This document shows positions 7,912 through 16,689 of a stretch of 26,072 nucleotides of DNA, piece by piece. Within the stretch, counting starts at the first letter, position 1, and every line of letters starts with the position of its first letter. The notes beneath the pieces were generated by a model. The model was not told where the DNA came from and made no database searches. It was given only the letters and a program-made list of their open reading frames with translations. The DNA is from Candidatus Heimdallarchaeota archaeon (GTDB lineage: Archaea > Asgardarchaeota > Heimdallarchaeia > Heimdallarchaeales > Heimdallarchaeaceae), in assembly GCA_021399395.1 (NCBI GenBank), contig JAAFKJ010000061.1, forward strand, positions 1 to 26,072, written 5' to 3'. The translations under genes were made by a program, and so were the position numbers.

Positions 7912-8597
7912 TGAAGATGAAACGAAACATAACAAAAAACAAGAAAGGACAAGTATTCCTTCTTTTAGCTATTACTATACTCATTTATCTTATAATCCTT
8001 TCATCAACTGTTTATCAAATAACCCAAAGCCCATATATCGAGCCTGTTCCCAACAGTGAACAACTTCTGAACTATGTTGATAACAGTTTAAACGCTATTG
8101 AAGAACTATCTGATATTGCTATGTCACAGTATTCTCAAGGCGCAACAAGAAATGATGTGCTAGATATTATAGATGAAGGTATCAGTGAAATCGACTCATA
8201 TTTAGACAACCATAATCTGCCTTCTAACATCTCTTATGATTCGTTGAATTTGGTTATAGCTAATACTAGCACTACAGTAAATCCTGTGAGAGTGAGATTT
8301 ATGGCAGAATTTACTATTCACATAAACAGTCTAGATCTTGTTTATGATACAGTAATCTACATCAATTCATCATATTATCTTGAGTACTCAGGAATTGCAG
8401 GAAATCAGAACTATATCTACATCTACAAGCAAAGAAATGGTGTCTTAGATTTGATTGATAACGCAGAAGTGACAATTATCCCAAGTATTTCAGTTGCAAA
8501 TATGGGGGATGGTAGTTACTTAGCTGACCTAGAAACTGGTTATGAAATTACTGCGGTTTTACCACATAATATAATATTAACTTTAGAAATACCTTAA
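7908..8597 (+). CDS. Pilin-like protein with class III signal peptide
   Basis: KNKKG|QVFLLLAITILIYLIIL. The ATG at 7908 overlaps the upstream stop (ATGA); the ORF track start is the GTG at 7896. Confidence 0.8.
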   Translation: MMKMKRNITKNKKGQVFLLLAITILIYLIILSSTVYQITQSPYIEPVPNSEQLLNYVDNSLNAIEELSDIAMSQYSQGATRNDVLDIIDEGISEIDSYLDNHNLPSNISYDSLNLVIANTSTTVNPVRVRFMAEFTIHINSLDLVYDTVIYINSSYYLEYSGIAGNQNYIYIYKQRNGVLDLIDNAEVTIIPSISVANMGDGSYLADLETGYEITAVLPHNIILTLEIP

Positions 8598-8621
8598 AAG
8601 TAAAAAGAATTCGATGTCGAA

Positions 8622-9251
8622 CTAATCGACATCAATATTATAATCTTCTTTTGATTTTGTTTCTTTTCTATCAATGACTACTTCAAGAACACCGTTTTTG
8701 TATTTAGCCTTAGCAGTTTTGATATCTACAGCTACAGGTAAACTTACTGATTTCTCATACTTCCTCGATTGAGAGTGTGCTTTTATGGTTAGGGTTCTAT
8801 CTGAACCTGTTAGTTCTATATCTCCCTTATTTATACCTGGAACCTCCGCTATTACTCTAACTTGATTATCTTCTTTGAAAACATCTATCAGTGGTTCTCG
8901 AACATCAGAAGTTTCTAAGTCTCCATATCCCTTTGGTTTTAAGTTGCCAAATTGTCTGAAACTTGGTTTTCCTTCAGGATCTAAACCGATGTTGAAACCA
9001 TAAACAAAGTTATTGTTTATCATGTCTGTTAAAGAATCAGAATCTACTCCACCTTCTTCGATGTTCTTCATCAGATTCTTGATCATTTCATCTATCATCT
9101 TACCGAAAGATGAACCCTTGAAATAAGGTGCGAAGTTTTCCATGATTTTATTCATATCAAACTCTCCAAACCCTTCAAAGAAGTCGAATGGGTTAAAGTC
9201 ATCATCAGACAAATTTTTCTTTTTTTTCTTATCGTCATCTTCAGGATTCAT
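8622..9251 (-). CDS. hsp20: Archaeal small heat-shock protein Hsp20 (alpha-crystallin domain)
   Basis: FVYGFNIGLDPEGKP.FRQFGN, REPLIDV, VIAEVPGI.K.DI, AKAKYKNGVLEV. Confidence 0.92.
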   Translation of the reverse strand: MNPEDDDKKKKKNLSDDDFNPFDFFEGFGEFDMNKIMENFAPYFKGSSFGKMIDEMIKNLMKNIEEGGVDSDSLTDMINNNFVYGFNIGLDPEGKPSFRQFGNLKPKGYGDLETSDVREPLIDVFKEDNQVRVIAEVPGINKGDIELTGSDRTLTIKAHSQSRKYEKSVSLPVAVDIKTAKAKYKNGVLEVVIDRKETKSKEDYNIDVD

Positions 9252-9291
9252 TAATTCTCATCTCACTTAATTCTACTAAAAAAACAGACTT

Positions 9292-9305
9292 CTTTATATA
9301 TAAAG
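9292..9305 (-). promoter_or_regulatory. TATA box upstream of hsp20
   Basis: Palindromic CTTTATATATAAAG 41-54 nt upstream of the hsp20 ATG, just downstream (minus sense) of T-tracts that follow the ATPase stop. Confidence 0.5.
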
Positions 9306-9348
9306 TCAATTATTTGATGAAAATAAAAAATAGGGAAAAATGAAGATC

Positions 9349-10884
9349 TTACGCTTTAAGACCTTTTCTTGCTTTTTCAAGTGTTCTATCTGGATCTGAA
9401 TTATATTCCTGAATAACTGATGCCACATCTTCGAAGTATCGTATTCTTTTCTTTACCATCCATCTAAGAATGGTCTTTCTTCTTTCTAATTCATCGAATA
9501 TCTCTTGTTCTTCCATTCCAGTATTTTCCATTACCTTCTCTAAAACATAACTTCTACCAAAGTAGATGAATGTATCATCTCGTGGATTCCATTGGAACAA
9601 CTTGTTAGTTAGAATTTCTTCGGTAACAGGATCCAGACCAATCAATTCAGTAACCGATTGAGTCCTTCTTGCAAATTTCGATTTTAATCTTACCTTACGA
9701 ATAACATGTATAAGATCTAGTGATTTCATCATAGATCGAGGAATGTTCATTGGTTTGCTCTCTAGCCTGTGGATTACACCTTCAACAGAATCACCGTGGA
9801 TTGTTCCTAATCCTCTGTGTCCTGTACTCATGGCTTGGAACATTGCATAAGCTTCTCCACCTCTGATTTCTCCTACAATGATATAATCAGGTCTTTGTCT
9901 CATCGCTGCTCTGAGTAGTTCATACATAGAAATTTGACCTCTTCGAAAACCAGATTCTGTTGTTTCACCAAACCCTGAACGAACTACACTTGGTATCCAA
10001 TTTTCATGAGCAAGATTCAATTCTGCGGTATCTTCAATTGTAATTACTTTCATATCAGGTTTAATCATCATAGAAATAGTGTTCAGGAGAGTAGTTTTTC
10101 CTGCTGCAGTACCACCTGCAATTAGGGTACTGACATTATGTTCCATGGTAAACCAGTAATAAGCAGCAATATCTAGATCTATTGTGTTGTAAAGTATAAG
10201 GTCAGTAATCGTAAATGGATCGGCTTTGAACTTCCTTGCTGTAAAAGTCGAACCTCTTTGTGTTACTTCTTTTCCATAGGTTAATTGTATTCTGCTCCCA
10301 TCGGGTAAAGATGCATCAAGTAGAGGATTTGCTATACTTATATGTCGATTAGCTCTTTGAGCTAGTTTGATGATAAAACTGTCTAATTCCTCATTTGTAT
10401 CAAAGGAAACATTTGTAGCAATAGATTCATATTTCCTGTGCCAAACATAAATTGGGATACCAGTCCCATCACAAGATATATCTTCAATATTAGGATCTAA
10501 CATGAATGGTTGAATTTTACCGTATCCTATCAGATCCCTTGTCAGATAGTACATTATTTTCTCAAATTGAGATTCATTTAACGAGATTCTATATCGTTTA
10601 ATGATGTCCACAATCTTCTTTTTAAGAAACTCTTCTGCTTTTTCAGTTGACTTCAGAACTGTAAAATCAACATCCAGCTCATCAATCATAATTGAAAGAA
10701 TCTTGGAGTATATGGCGGTTTCCTTAGAATCCAAGGGTATCTCGACAATCATATACTGAGTACGTTTAGTGGTAGGGTCAGTCTGAATAAGAACGTAAGC
10801 AAACGGAGGACTTATGGGATAAGTTTCTTCAAGAATAGGGACAGATGCTGTATCGACAAAAGGTTCGCTTGTATCTTCTTGCAT
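9349..10884 (-). CDS. Type IV pilus assembly ATPase (archaeal PilB/TadA/ArlI family)
   Basis: DPNIEDISCDG, Walker A GGTAAGKTT, Asp box TIEDTAEL, RQRPD, Walker B YIIVGEIRG, His box TGH...TIHG. Confidence 0.93.
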   Translation of the reverse strand: MQEDTSEPFVDTASVPILEETYPISPPFAYVLIQTDPTTKRTQYMIVEIPLDSKETAIYSKILSIMIDELDVDFTVLKSTEKAEEFLKKKIVDIIKRYRISLNESQFEKIMYYLTRDLIGYGKIQPFMLDPNIEDISCDGTGIPIYVWHRKYESIATNVSFDTNEELDSFIIKLAQRANRHISIANPLLDASLPDGSRIQLTYGKEVTQRGSTFTARKFKADPFTITDLILYNTIDLDIAAYYWFTMEHNVSTLIAGGTAAGKTTLLNTISMMIKPDMKVITIEDTAELNLAHENWIPSVVRSGFGETTESGFRRGQISMYELLRAAMRQRPDYIIVGEIRGGEAYAMFQAMSTGHRGLGTIHGDSVEGVIHRLESKPMNIPRSMMKSLDLIHVIRKVRLKSKFARRTQSVTELIGLDPVTEEILTNKLFQWNPRDDTFIYFGRSYVLEKVMENTGMEEQEIFDELERRKTILRWMVKKRIRYFEDVASVIQEYNSDPDRTLEKARKGLKA

Positions 10885-10994
10885 GAATTATTAATATTAG
10901 TTACACTTTTTAAAGATTGTTTTCATGATTCACTAATTCCGTTTTTCTGGTTTAATATTTTTACTAAACTTATCTCTATTTTTCAGAAAAGAGT

Positions 10995-11017
10995 AAAAAT
11001 TCTGCTCTGATTGAGCA
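10995..11017 (-). terminator. Possible terminator between the pilin pair and the ATPase
   Basis: On the minus strand, TGCTC-AATCA-GAGCA is followed by GAATTTTT, just after the stop at 11026. Confidence 0.3.
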
Positions 11018-11025
11018 TAAAAATC

Positions 11026-11493
11026 TTAAGAAGCAAGAACAATACTACTGGAAACTCCATCATAAATATAAGTCACACTTGGAGCTGTGTTAGTACTAAT
11101 AATACTTCCAGATATTGTGATATCTAATGGATCTATGACTAGAGATACTATTGAACTAACATCTTCATCATCTATAACATAGGCTTTGAGAGAATATGTT
11201 ACTTCTGTGGATAACACTTCAATCTGATATTCTGCCTGTTGAATGGTTTGAGGAAGTTCCCCTAGTTGGAAACCTAGACTTATAGCCGTAGCTCCTTCCA
11301 GAATCATTTCTTCTCCTTGAATCTTCAGATTATGAATTATCTCCGCTATACTTTGTAGAATGCTTTCGAAATTCGTTTCTATAGACCGTTCTTCCATAGT
11401 ATTGTCCATAGCCATCATTGTAGCTGAAATACCTGCTATTGCAAGTGAGCCTATAAGAAGAATTGATAAATACATTATATATTCGCTGGGCAT
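11026..11493 (-). CDS. Pilin-like membrane-anchored protein lacking a basic leader
   Basis: MPSEYIMYLSILLIGSLAIAGI hydrophobic N-terminal helix continuing into a long amphipathic helix and an acidic beta-rich domain. Lies between a pilin and the ATPase. Confidence 0.65.
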   Translation of the reverse strand: MPSEYIMYLSILLIGSLAIAGISATMMAMDNTMEERSIETNFESILQSIAEIIHNLKIQGEEMILEGATAISLGFQLGELPQTIQQAEYQIEVLSTEVTYSLKAYVIDDEDVSSIVSLVIDPLDITISGSIISTNTAPSVTYIYDGVSSSIVLAS

Positions 11494-11504
11494 CTTTTAA
11501 TTCC

Positions 11505-12362
11505 TCAACTTAGTGATATACTAACTATTACATTGATTAAATTAGCTACGATTGTGTGAGCTGAATAACTTGGATTAGCTGGGAAGTAAATGGGGTACTC
11601 GTATAGACGGTAGTTATATTGATTTAAGAGGGTAACTTCTCCCTGCATATCATTATTATATTCGAATGTTCCAAGATTGTGTTTTTCAGTTCCTTGATAT
11701 GTCAGCTGCATATTAATATACTTCTGTGAATCACTGACAAGATTTGATTCATCAAGAACAAAGGTCACATGAATTATGTCTAGATAATATGTCTCTTCTG
11801 CAGCTTGGGTGACATACTCTGTTATCAGAGAATACCTATAATATAGCGCAAGTTCTAAGTAACTTGATTCATAAACAGCTCTAGAACTATTTAAGACTGC
11901 TATGTCATTATACAAAACACTACTTCCATTCAAGAAAAGATAATCTTGATCTTGAGGACCAACTATGTATCTGTGTTCTCCTATTTCATAATCTGCTGTT
12001 GCTGTGCTTCTATGAGTGATTCTTGAGACATTATCCCGAAGTAGCAAGCTTGTTTGCACCCCTGTTATGTCCTTTAATAGAAAAACAAAATTCCACTTTG
12101 TATCTATTTGAAATGTCCCTTCTTCTTGAACAAATAGAAACTGATTGCTGCTTAGTGTTGATCCTTTAATCAAACCTTGTATAGTTGAATCAAGAGCTGT
12201 AAAGTAGAGATTATTGCTATTGTTATAGCTGTTATCCTTGAATTTGGTAATGCTTGGCATCATATAAACAAGCGAAATTCCTATAGCAGCTGTTATTAAT
12301 GCAAACATAAGAACGACAGCAACTACTGGAGAAAGTGCTCTTCGATTCATTCTGATTCTCAT
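11505..12362 (-). CDS. Archaeal type IV pilin (archaellin/pilin-type N-terminus)
   Basis: MRIRMNRRA|LSPVVAVVLMFALITAAIG is a canonical archaeal class III signal peptide. Confidence 0.85.
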   Translation of the reverse strand: MRIRMNRRALSPVVAVVLMFALITAAIGISLVYMMPSITKFKDNSYNNSNNLYFTALDSTIQGLIKGSTLSSNQFLFVQEEGTFQIDTKWNFVFLLKDITGVQTSLLLRDNVSRITHRSTATADYEIGEHRYIVGPQDQDYLFLNGSSVLYNDIAVLNSSRAVYESSYLELALYYRYSLITEYVTQAAEETYYLDIIHVTFVLDESNLVSDSQKYINMQLTYQGTEKHNLGTFEYNNDMQGEVTLLNQYNYRLYEYPIYFPANPSYSAHTIVANLINVIVSISLS

Positions 12363-12694
12363 TGTATGGCATTACTATAATTTTGCATAAATTAAAGTTT
12401 ATGGTATTTTTTCATTCTAAATTTATTTTCGTGTAAGGCAAGAGTTTTGCACTCGTTTGTTTTTAATAGATTTAAAATCAAGTATGTTTTTCCAGAAGAA
12501 TATTGTCGGAAAATTTTTGGGTTATGAACGCTTCTCAGCGCTTTGTATGGGTGTTGTAAAGGCTTAAATATCTTCTAGTTTTTCACATCGTAACGACTTA
12601 TGGATTGATTCTATAATATTCAAGAAACGAGAAATTTGAGGAAACTCTTAGGGGTTTAATAATCAATTTACATATAATAGATTAAGGGGTTAAA

Positions 12695-15600
12695 GTGACA
12701 GAAATAAAGCTCTCGGAAAATGCAAAAACAGTACTGGAAAAAAGATATCTTCGCAAGGACGAAAATAATAAACCAATCGAAACAATCGATGAGATGTTCT
12801 GGAGGGTTGCGAATTTTATTGGTAATACTGAAGAAGAGAAGAATGAATTTTATGAATTAATGACATCTTTAAGGTTCCTTCCTAATTCGCCAACGATAAT
12901 GAATGCTGGTACAGCCTTAGGGCAGCTAAGTGCATGTTTTGTTTTGCCTATAGAGGATGACATGACATCTATTTTTAATGCAGTTAAGAACGCAGCTTTA
13001 ATTCACCAATCAGGCGGTGGAAGCGGTTTCAGCTTCACAAGACTAAGACCTAAGAATGATACTGTTAAAACAACAGGCGGTGTAGCCTGTTTTCCAGCTT
13101 CAGTCCGTATCCATACTGACAAAGGGTTGCTCAAAATAACAGATGTTATGGTGTCAGGTCACATGATCAAAGCTCAGACTCATGTGGGGTATCGCAACAT
13201 CGTCAACAAATTTGATAACGGTTATGCCGAAATCTATGAAACACAAGTGTCCAATGGTTATACATTGAGAACAACTTTGAATCACAAGTTTCTTACTATT
13301 GATGACGAAAAACTTGTATTAAAACCATTGTCGGAAATAAATGTTTCTGACTATGTATTGCTATTAGCAAAAGAACCTAACGAGAATAGTCCAGCTGTAA
13401 TTGGGTTATCAACAAAAATATCTGATTTTGAAGAATATTGTGTTGATTTGGATGAAGATTTAGCATACTTAATAGGTCTAACTTATGCAGATGGAAATAT
13501 AACTAATGATGGACGTCATTATGCTATCAATATCTCCTTGAATATCAAGCAGCAAGAAGTTATTGATAAAATCAAGAAGATATCAAAAAACAAATTTGAT
13601 TATGAGATTAAAGAATATAGAAGAGAGAATATCAATAAGGTTGAATTGAGAATACATGGCAAGAAATATGTCAAACTATTAGAAGACAACAATCTTCTCA
13701 AAGAGAAATGTGAGTATATTCAAGTACCAGACAAGATATTCAAAAGTCCCATTAATGTTGTATGTTCCTTTTTGGCAGGCTATTTTGATGGTGATGGTCA
13801 TATCGGTAAGAAAGGGAGAATTAGTGTCAAAACTATATCTGAACAGATGACTCATGATATCAATGTTCTGATAACTAGATTAGGTGTTTTATCAACAGTT
13901 TACATTGATAAATATATTGACCCAAGAGGTGGCAATAGAAAACCAAGTTATCGAATCTCTATTCCAACTGCAGTATTTAAAGAAAGATTTACTAGATTTG
14001 TTTCTCCTTATTCTGTGAAACTATCAAATTATGTTTTGAAAAGTGGAGCAAAAAATAGAATCTTCTCATACCCTTTTAACGTGCTTGCAAAAATCAGTGA
14101 TCCAAAGAAAAGAGCAAGGATTTCAAAGACCATTATCCCTTATAATAGCAAAGTGACAACAAGAAGAGCTCTTAAAAGATTAATAGAAGAAAAAGAAATT
14201 TTTAACATCCTTGAAGATGAATTTGAACAAATATGTATGCTTGATAGTCTTTACCCTGTTCAAATACAAAAAATCACCTTGATTGGAAAAGAAAAGGTTT
14301 ACAATCTAGAGGTTGAAGAGGTTAATATGCTATCTGCAAATGGATTTTATGTTTCAAATTCAGGTCCTCTATCTTTTATGGAAGTATTTAATGCAGCTAC
14401 TAATACAATAAAACAAGGGGGGCGCCGTCGGGGGGCAAACATGGGTATTCTTCGCATTGATCATCCCGATATCATGGAATTTATAACTTGCAAAGAAGAC
14501 CAATCTAAGCTCACAAACTTCAATATCTCTGTTGCAGCCACTGAACAATTTATGAAAGCAGTTGAGAAAAATAGCGAATATGATTTGATAAATCCTAGAA
14601 CTCACAAAACTGTAGCAAAAATGAATGCTAAAGAGGTTTTCAATAAGATTGTGGAAATGGCTTGGAAGAATGGTGAACCAGGGATTGTTTTTATTGATAG
14701 AATAAATGAGGATAACCCAACTCCTGAACTAGGAGAAATAGAAAGTACCAACCCATGTTTTACAGGAGATACTCTAGTTGCAGTAGCAGATGGTAGAGGA
14801 TTTGTTTCATTTGAAGAACTAGCAGAGAAAGGCGAGGATGTACTTGTTTTTGCTGGTTCTAGCTCAACTAATCAAGCTACAACTAGAGTAATGAGAAATC
14901 CTAGGAGAACAAGAGAACAAGTTCCTGTTTTGAAAATAACTTTCGACAATGATTTTTCTATTAGAACTACACTCGATCATGGATTTTATCTAAACGATAA
15001 TTCAATAAGAGAAGCATCAAAATTAGCTGTTGGAGATAAACTTCTTACTATTCATAGTCTAAAGGAGGCTGAAACAGGTACCAGAGTATATGATGAAGCT
15101 GTGTTTATATCAATCAAATCTGTTGAAAATGCTGGAGAAGAAGATGTCTTTAATGGAACAGTTGATGATTTACATACTTATTTTGTTGGAAGTGGAAAGA
15201 CCAATGCACAATTCGGATTCTACCAAACAGCTGTGAAGGTAGAAAATTGTGGTGAACAGCCTCTCTTAGGTTATGAGAGCTGTAATCTTGGTTCCATCAA
15301 TCTTTCTCAACATGTTGTTGATGGTAAAGTTGACTGGGATCTTCTAGAAGATACCATTCGTACAGGTGTTGGTTTTCTTGATAATGTTATAGATAAAAAC
15401 AACTATATCTTAACTGAAATTGAAGAGATGACCAAATCTAATCGCAAAATTGGTTTAGGTATTATGGGTTTTGCTGATTTACTTGTTAAATTGAACATCA
15501 AATATGATTCTAAGGAAGGTCTCCAAGTTGCTAGTGAAATTATGGATTTCATCCAAAAAACTGCTCGTGATGAATCAGTTAAACTGGCTAAAAAACATGG

Positions 15601-16621
15601 CAATTTCCCAAATTTCGATAAAAGCATCTTTAAATCTAAATTTGAATCTATGCGAAATGCAACCGTAACTACTATAGCTCCTACTGGAACTATTTCTTTA
15701 ATTGCTGGTTGTTCAAGTGGAATTGAACCTTATTATGCAATTGCTTTTACTAGAAATGTTCTAGGCGGAAAGAAACTATTTGACGTTAATACAATATTTG
15801 AACAAAAACTCAAAGAAAGAGAACTCTATTCAGAGGAACTGATCGAAAAAGTCTCAACTTCCAATTCCATTCAAGAAATAGATGAAATCCCGGATGATTT
15901 GAAAAAAGTTTTTGTTACCTCTCATGACATCTCACCTGAGTGGCATATCGATATGCAAGCTGAATTCCAGAAGTATATAGACAATGCAACCAGTAAGACC
16001 ATTAATTTTCCCAATTCTGCAACCAGGGAGGATATCTCAAAAGCTTACCAATTAGCATTTCAGAAAGGTTGCAAAGGAGTAACCGTCTATAGGGACGGAT
16101 CTCGAAAATATCAAGTTCTTACTACTAAGAAGCAAGAAAAAGATAAACACCCACCAGCTACTAGGATTCTTGAAAAAGTTGAACCTAGATCAAGACCTGA
16201 AGTAACCCTGGGAAGAACACATAAAATCCGCTCTGGATGTGGTAATCTTTATGTTACAGTGAACAGAGACGAAACTGGAGTCTGTGAAGTATTTGTTCAA
16301 GTAGGGAAGAGCGGTGGATGCATTACCAGTCAAAGCGAGGCAATTGGGAGATTAATCTCACTTTCTCTTAGATCAGGAGTAAAACTTGAAGCTATAGCTG
16401 AACATCTTGCTGGGATTAGATGCCCTAATCCCAATTTCTATCAAGGGAAAACTATTCTTTCATGTGCAGATGGAATCGCTCATGTTCTTGAGAATTATAT
16501 TGATGGTGAAGAAATAGTTCGATTCAATGGAACTATTGCTTGTCCCGATTGTGGAGGTATGTTAGAACTCTCTGAAGGATGTTTTACATGTAAAAGCTGC
16601 GGGTATTCGAAATGTGATTAA
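12695..16621 (+). CDS. nrdJ: Class II (adenosylcobalamin-dependent) ribonucleotide reductase precursor with two inteins (~720 aa after splicing)
   Basis: VLEKRYL, FLPNSP, QLSACF, GGG.G, QGGRRRGA, GEPG, TNP/CGEQ, ESCNLGSINL, RKIGLG, TIAPTGTIS, SKTINF, KGVTVYRDGSR. C-terminal TSCPD-like region and Zn ribbon CPDC...CKSCGYSKC. Confidence 0.95.
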   Translation: MTEIKLSENAKTVLEKRYLRKDENNKPIETIDEMFWRVANFIGNTEEEKNEFYELMTSLRFLPNSPTIMNAGTALGQLSACFVLPIEDDMTSIFNAVKNAALIHQSGGGSGFSFTRLRPKNDTVKTTGGVACFPASVRIHTDKGLLKITDVMVSGHMIKAQTHVGYRNIVNKFDNGYAEIYETQVSNGYTLRTTLNHKFLTIDDEKLVLKPLSEINVSDYVLLLAKEPNENSPAVIGLSTKISDFEEYCVDLDEDLAYLIGLTYADGNITNDGRHYAINISLNIKQQEVIDKIKKISKNKFDYEIKEYRRENINKVELRIHGKKYVKLLEDNNLLKEKCEYIQVPDKIFKSPINVVCSFLAGYFDGDGHIGKKGRISVKTISEQMTHDINVLITRLGVLSTVYIDKYIDPRGGNRKPSYRISIPTAVFKERFTRFVSPYSVKLSNYVLKSGAKNRIFSYPFNVLAKISDPKKRARISKTIIPYNSKVTTRRALKRLIEEKEIFNILEDEFEQICMLDSLYPVQIQKITLIGKEKVYNLEVEEVNMLSANGFYVSNSGPLSFMEVFNAATNTIKQGGRRRGANMGILRIDHPDIMEFITCKEDQSKLTNFNISVAATEQFMKAVEKNSEYDLINPRTHKTVAKMNAKEVFNKIVEMAWKNGEPGIVFIDRINEDNPTPELGEIESTNPCFTGDTLVAVADGRGFVSFEELAEKGEDVLVFAGSSSTNQATTRVMRNPRRTREQVPVLKITFDNDFSIRTTLDHGFYLNDNSIREASKLAVGDKLLTIHSLKEAETGTRVYDEAVFISIKSVENAGEEDVFNGTVDDLHTYFVGSGKTNAQFGFYQTAVKVENCGEQPLLGYESCNLGSINLSQHVVDGKVDWDLLEDTIRTGVGFLDNVIDKNNYILTEIEEMTKSNRKIGLGIMGFADLLVKLNIKYDSKEGLQVASEIMDFIQKTARDESVKLAKKHGNFPNFDKSIFKSKFESMRNATVTTIAPTGTISLIAGCSSGIEPYYAIAFTRNVLGGKKLFDVNTIFEQKLKERELYSEELIEKVSTSNSIQEIDEIPDDLKKVFVTSHDISPEWHIDMQAEFQKYIDNATSKTINFPNSATREDISKAYQLAFQKGCKGVTVYRDGSRKYQVLTTKKQEKDKHPPATRILEKVEPRSRPEVTLGRTHKIRSGCGNLYVTVNRDETGVCEVFVQVGKSGGCITSQSEAIGRLISLSLRSGVKLEAIAEHLAGIRCPNPNFYQGKTILSCADGIAHVLENYIDGEEIVRFNGTIACPDCGGMLELSEGCFTCKSCGYSKCD
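13088..14359 (+). mobile_element. Intein 1 in NrdJ (424 aa) with LAGLIDADG homing endonuclease
   Basis: Extein GGVA|CFPAS...; block B TTLNHKF; LAGLIDADG motifs YLIGLTYADG and FLAGYFDGDG; block F VYNLEVE; ends NGFYVSN|SGP. Confidence 0.93.
14756..15247 (+). mobile_element. Intein 2 in NrdJ (164 aa mini-intein, no endonuclease)
   Basis: STNP|CFTGDTLV...; block B TTLDHGF; block F DVFNGTVDDLHTYF; ends VKVEN|CGEQP. Confidence 0.9.
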
Positions 16622-16630
16622 ACAATTACA

Positions 16631-16644
16631 TTTCTTTTCTTTTC
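16631..16644 (+). terminator. Oligo-T terminator after nrdJ
   Basis: TTTCTTTTCTTTTC about 10 nt after the stop codon. Confidence 0.45.
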
Positions 16645-16689
16645 AAACCAAGCACAAGATTTTTTTGTAATTAAGTTAGATGAATACTA

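Noticed and set aside
4014-12362. Archaellum (arl/fla) operon
   Set aside because: No ArlH, ArlF/G or ArlC/D/E are recognisable. The split TadB/TadC-type platform and diverse pilin N-termini fit a pilus.
3917-12596. Shared CGTAACG pseudo-palindrome at 3917-3925 and 12588-12596, in the intergenic regions flanking the two pilus arms
   Set aside because: A 7-mer is expected roughly once by chance in a window of this size and composition, and the flanks differ. It would need cross-genome conservation.
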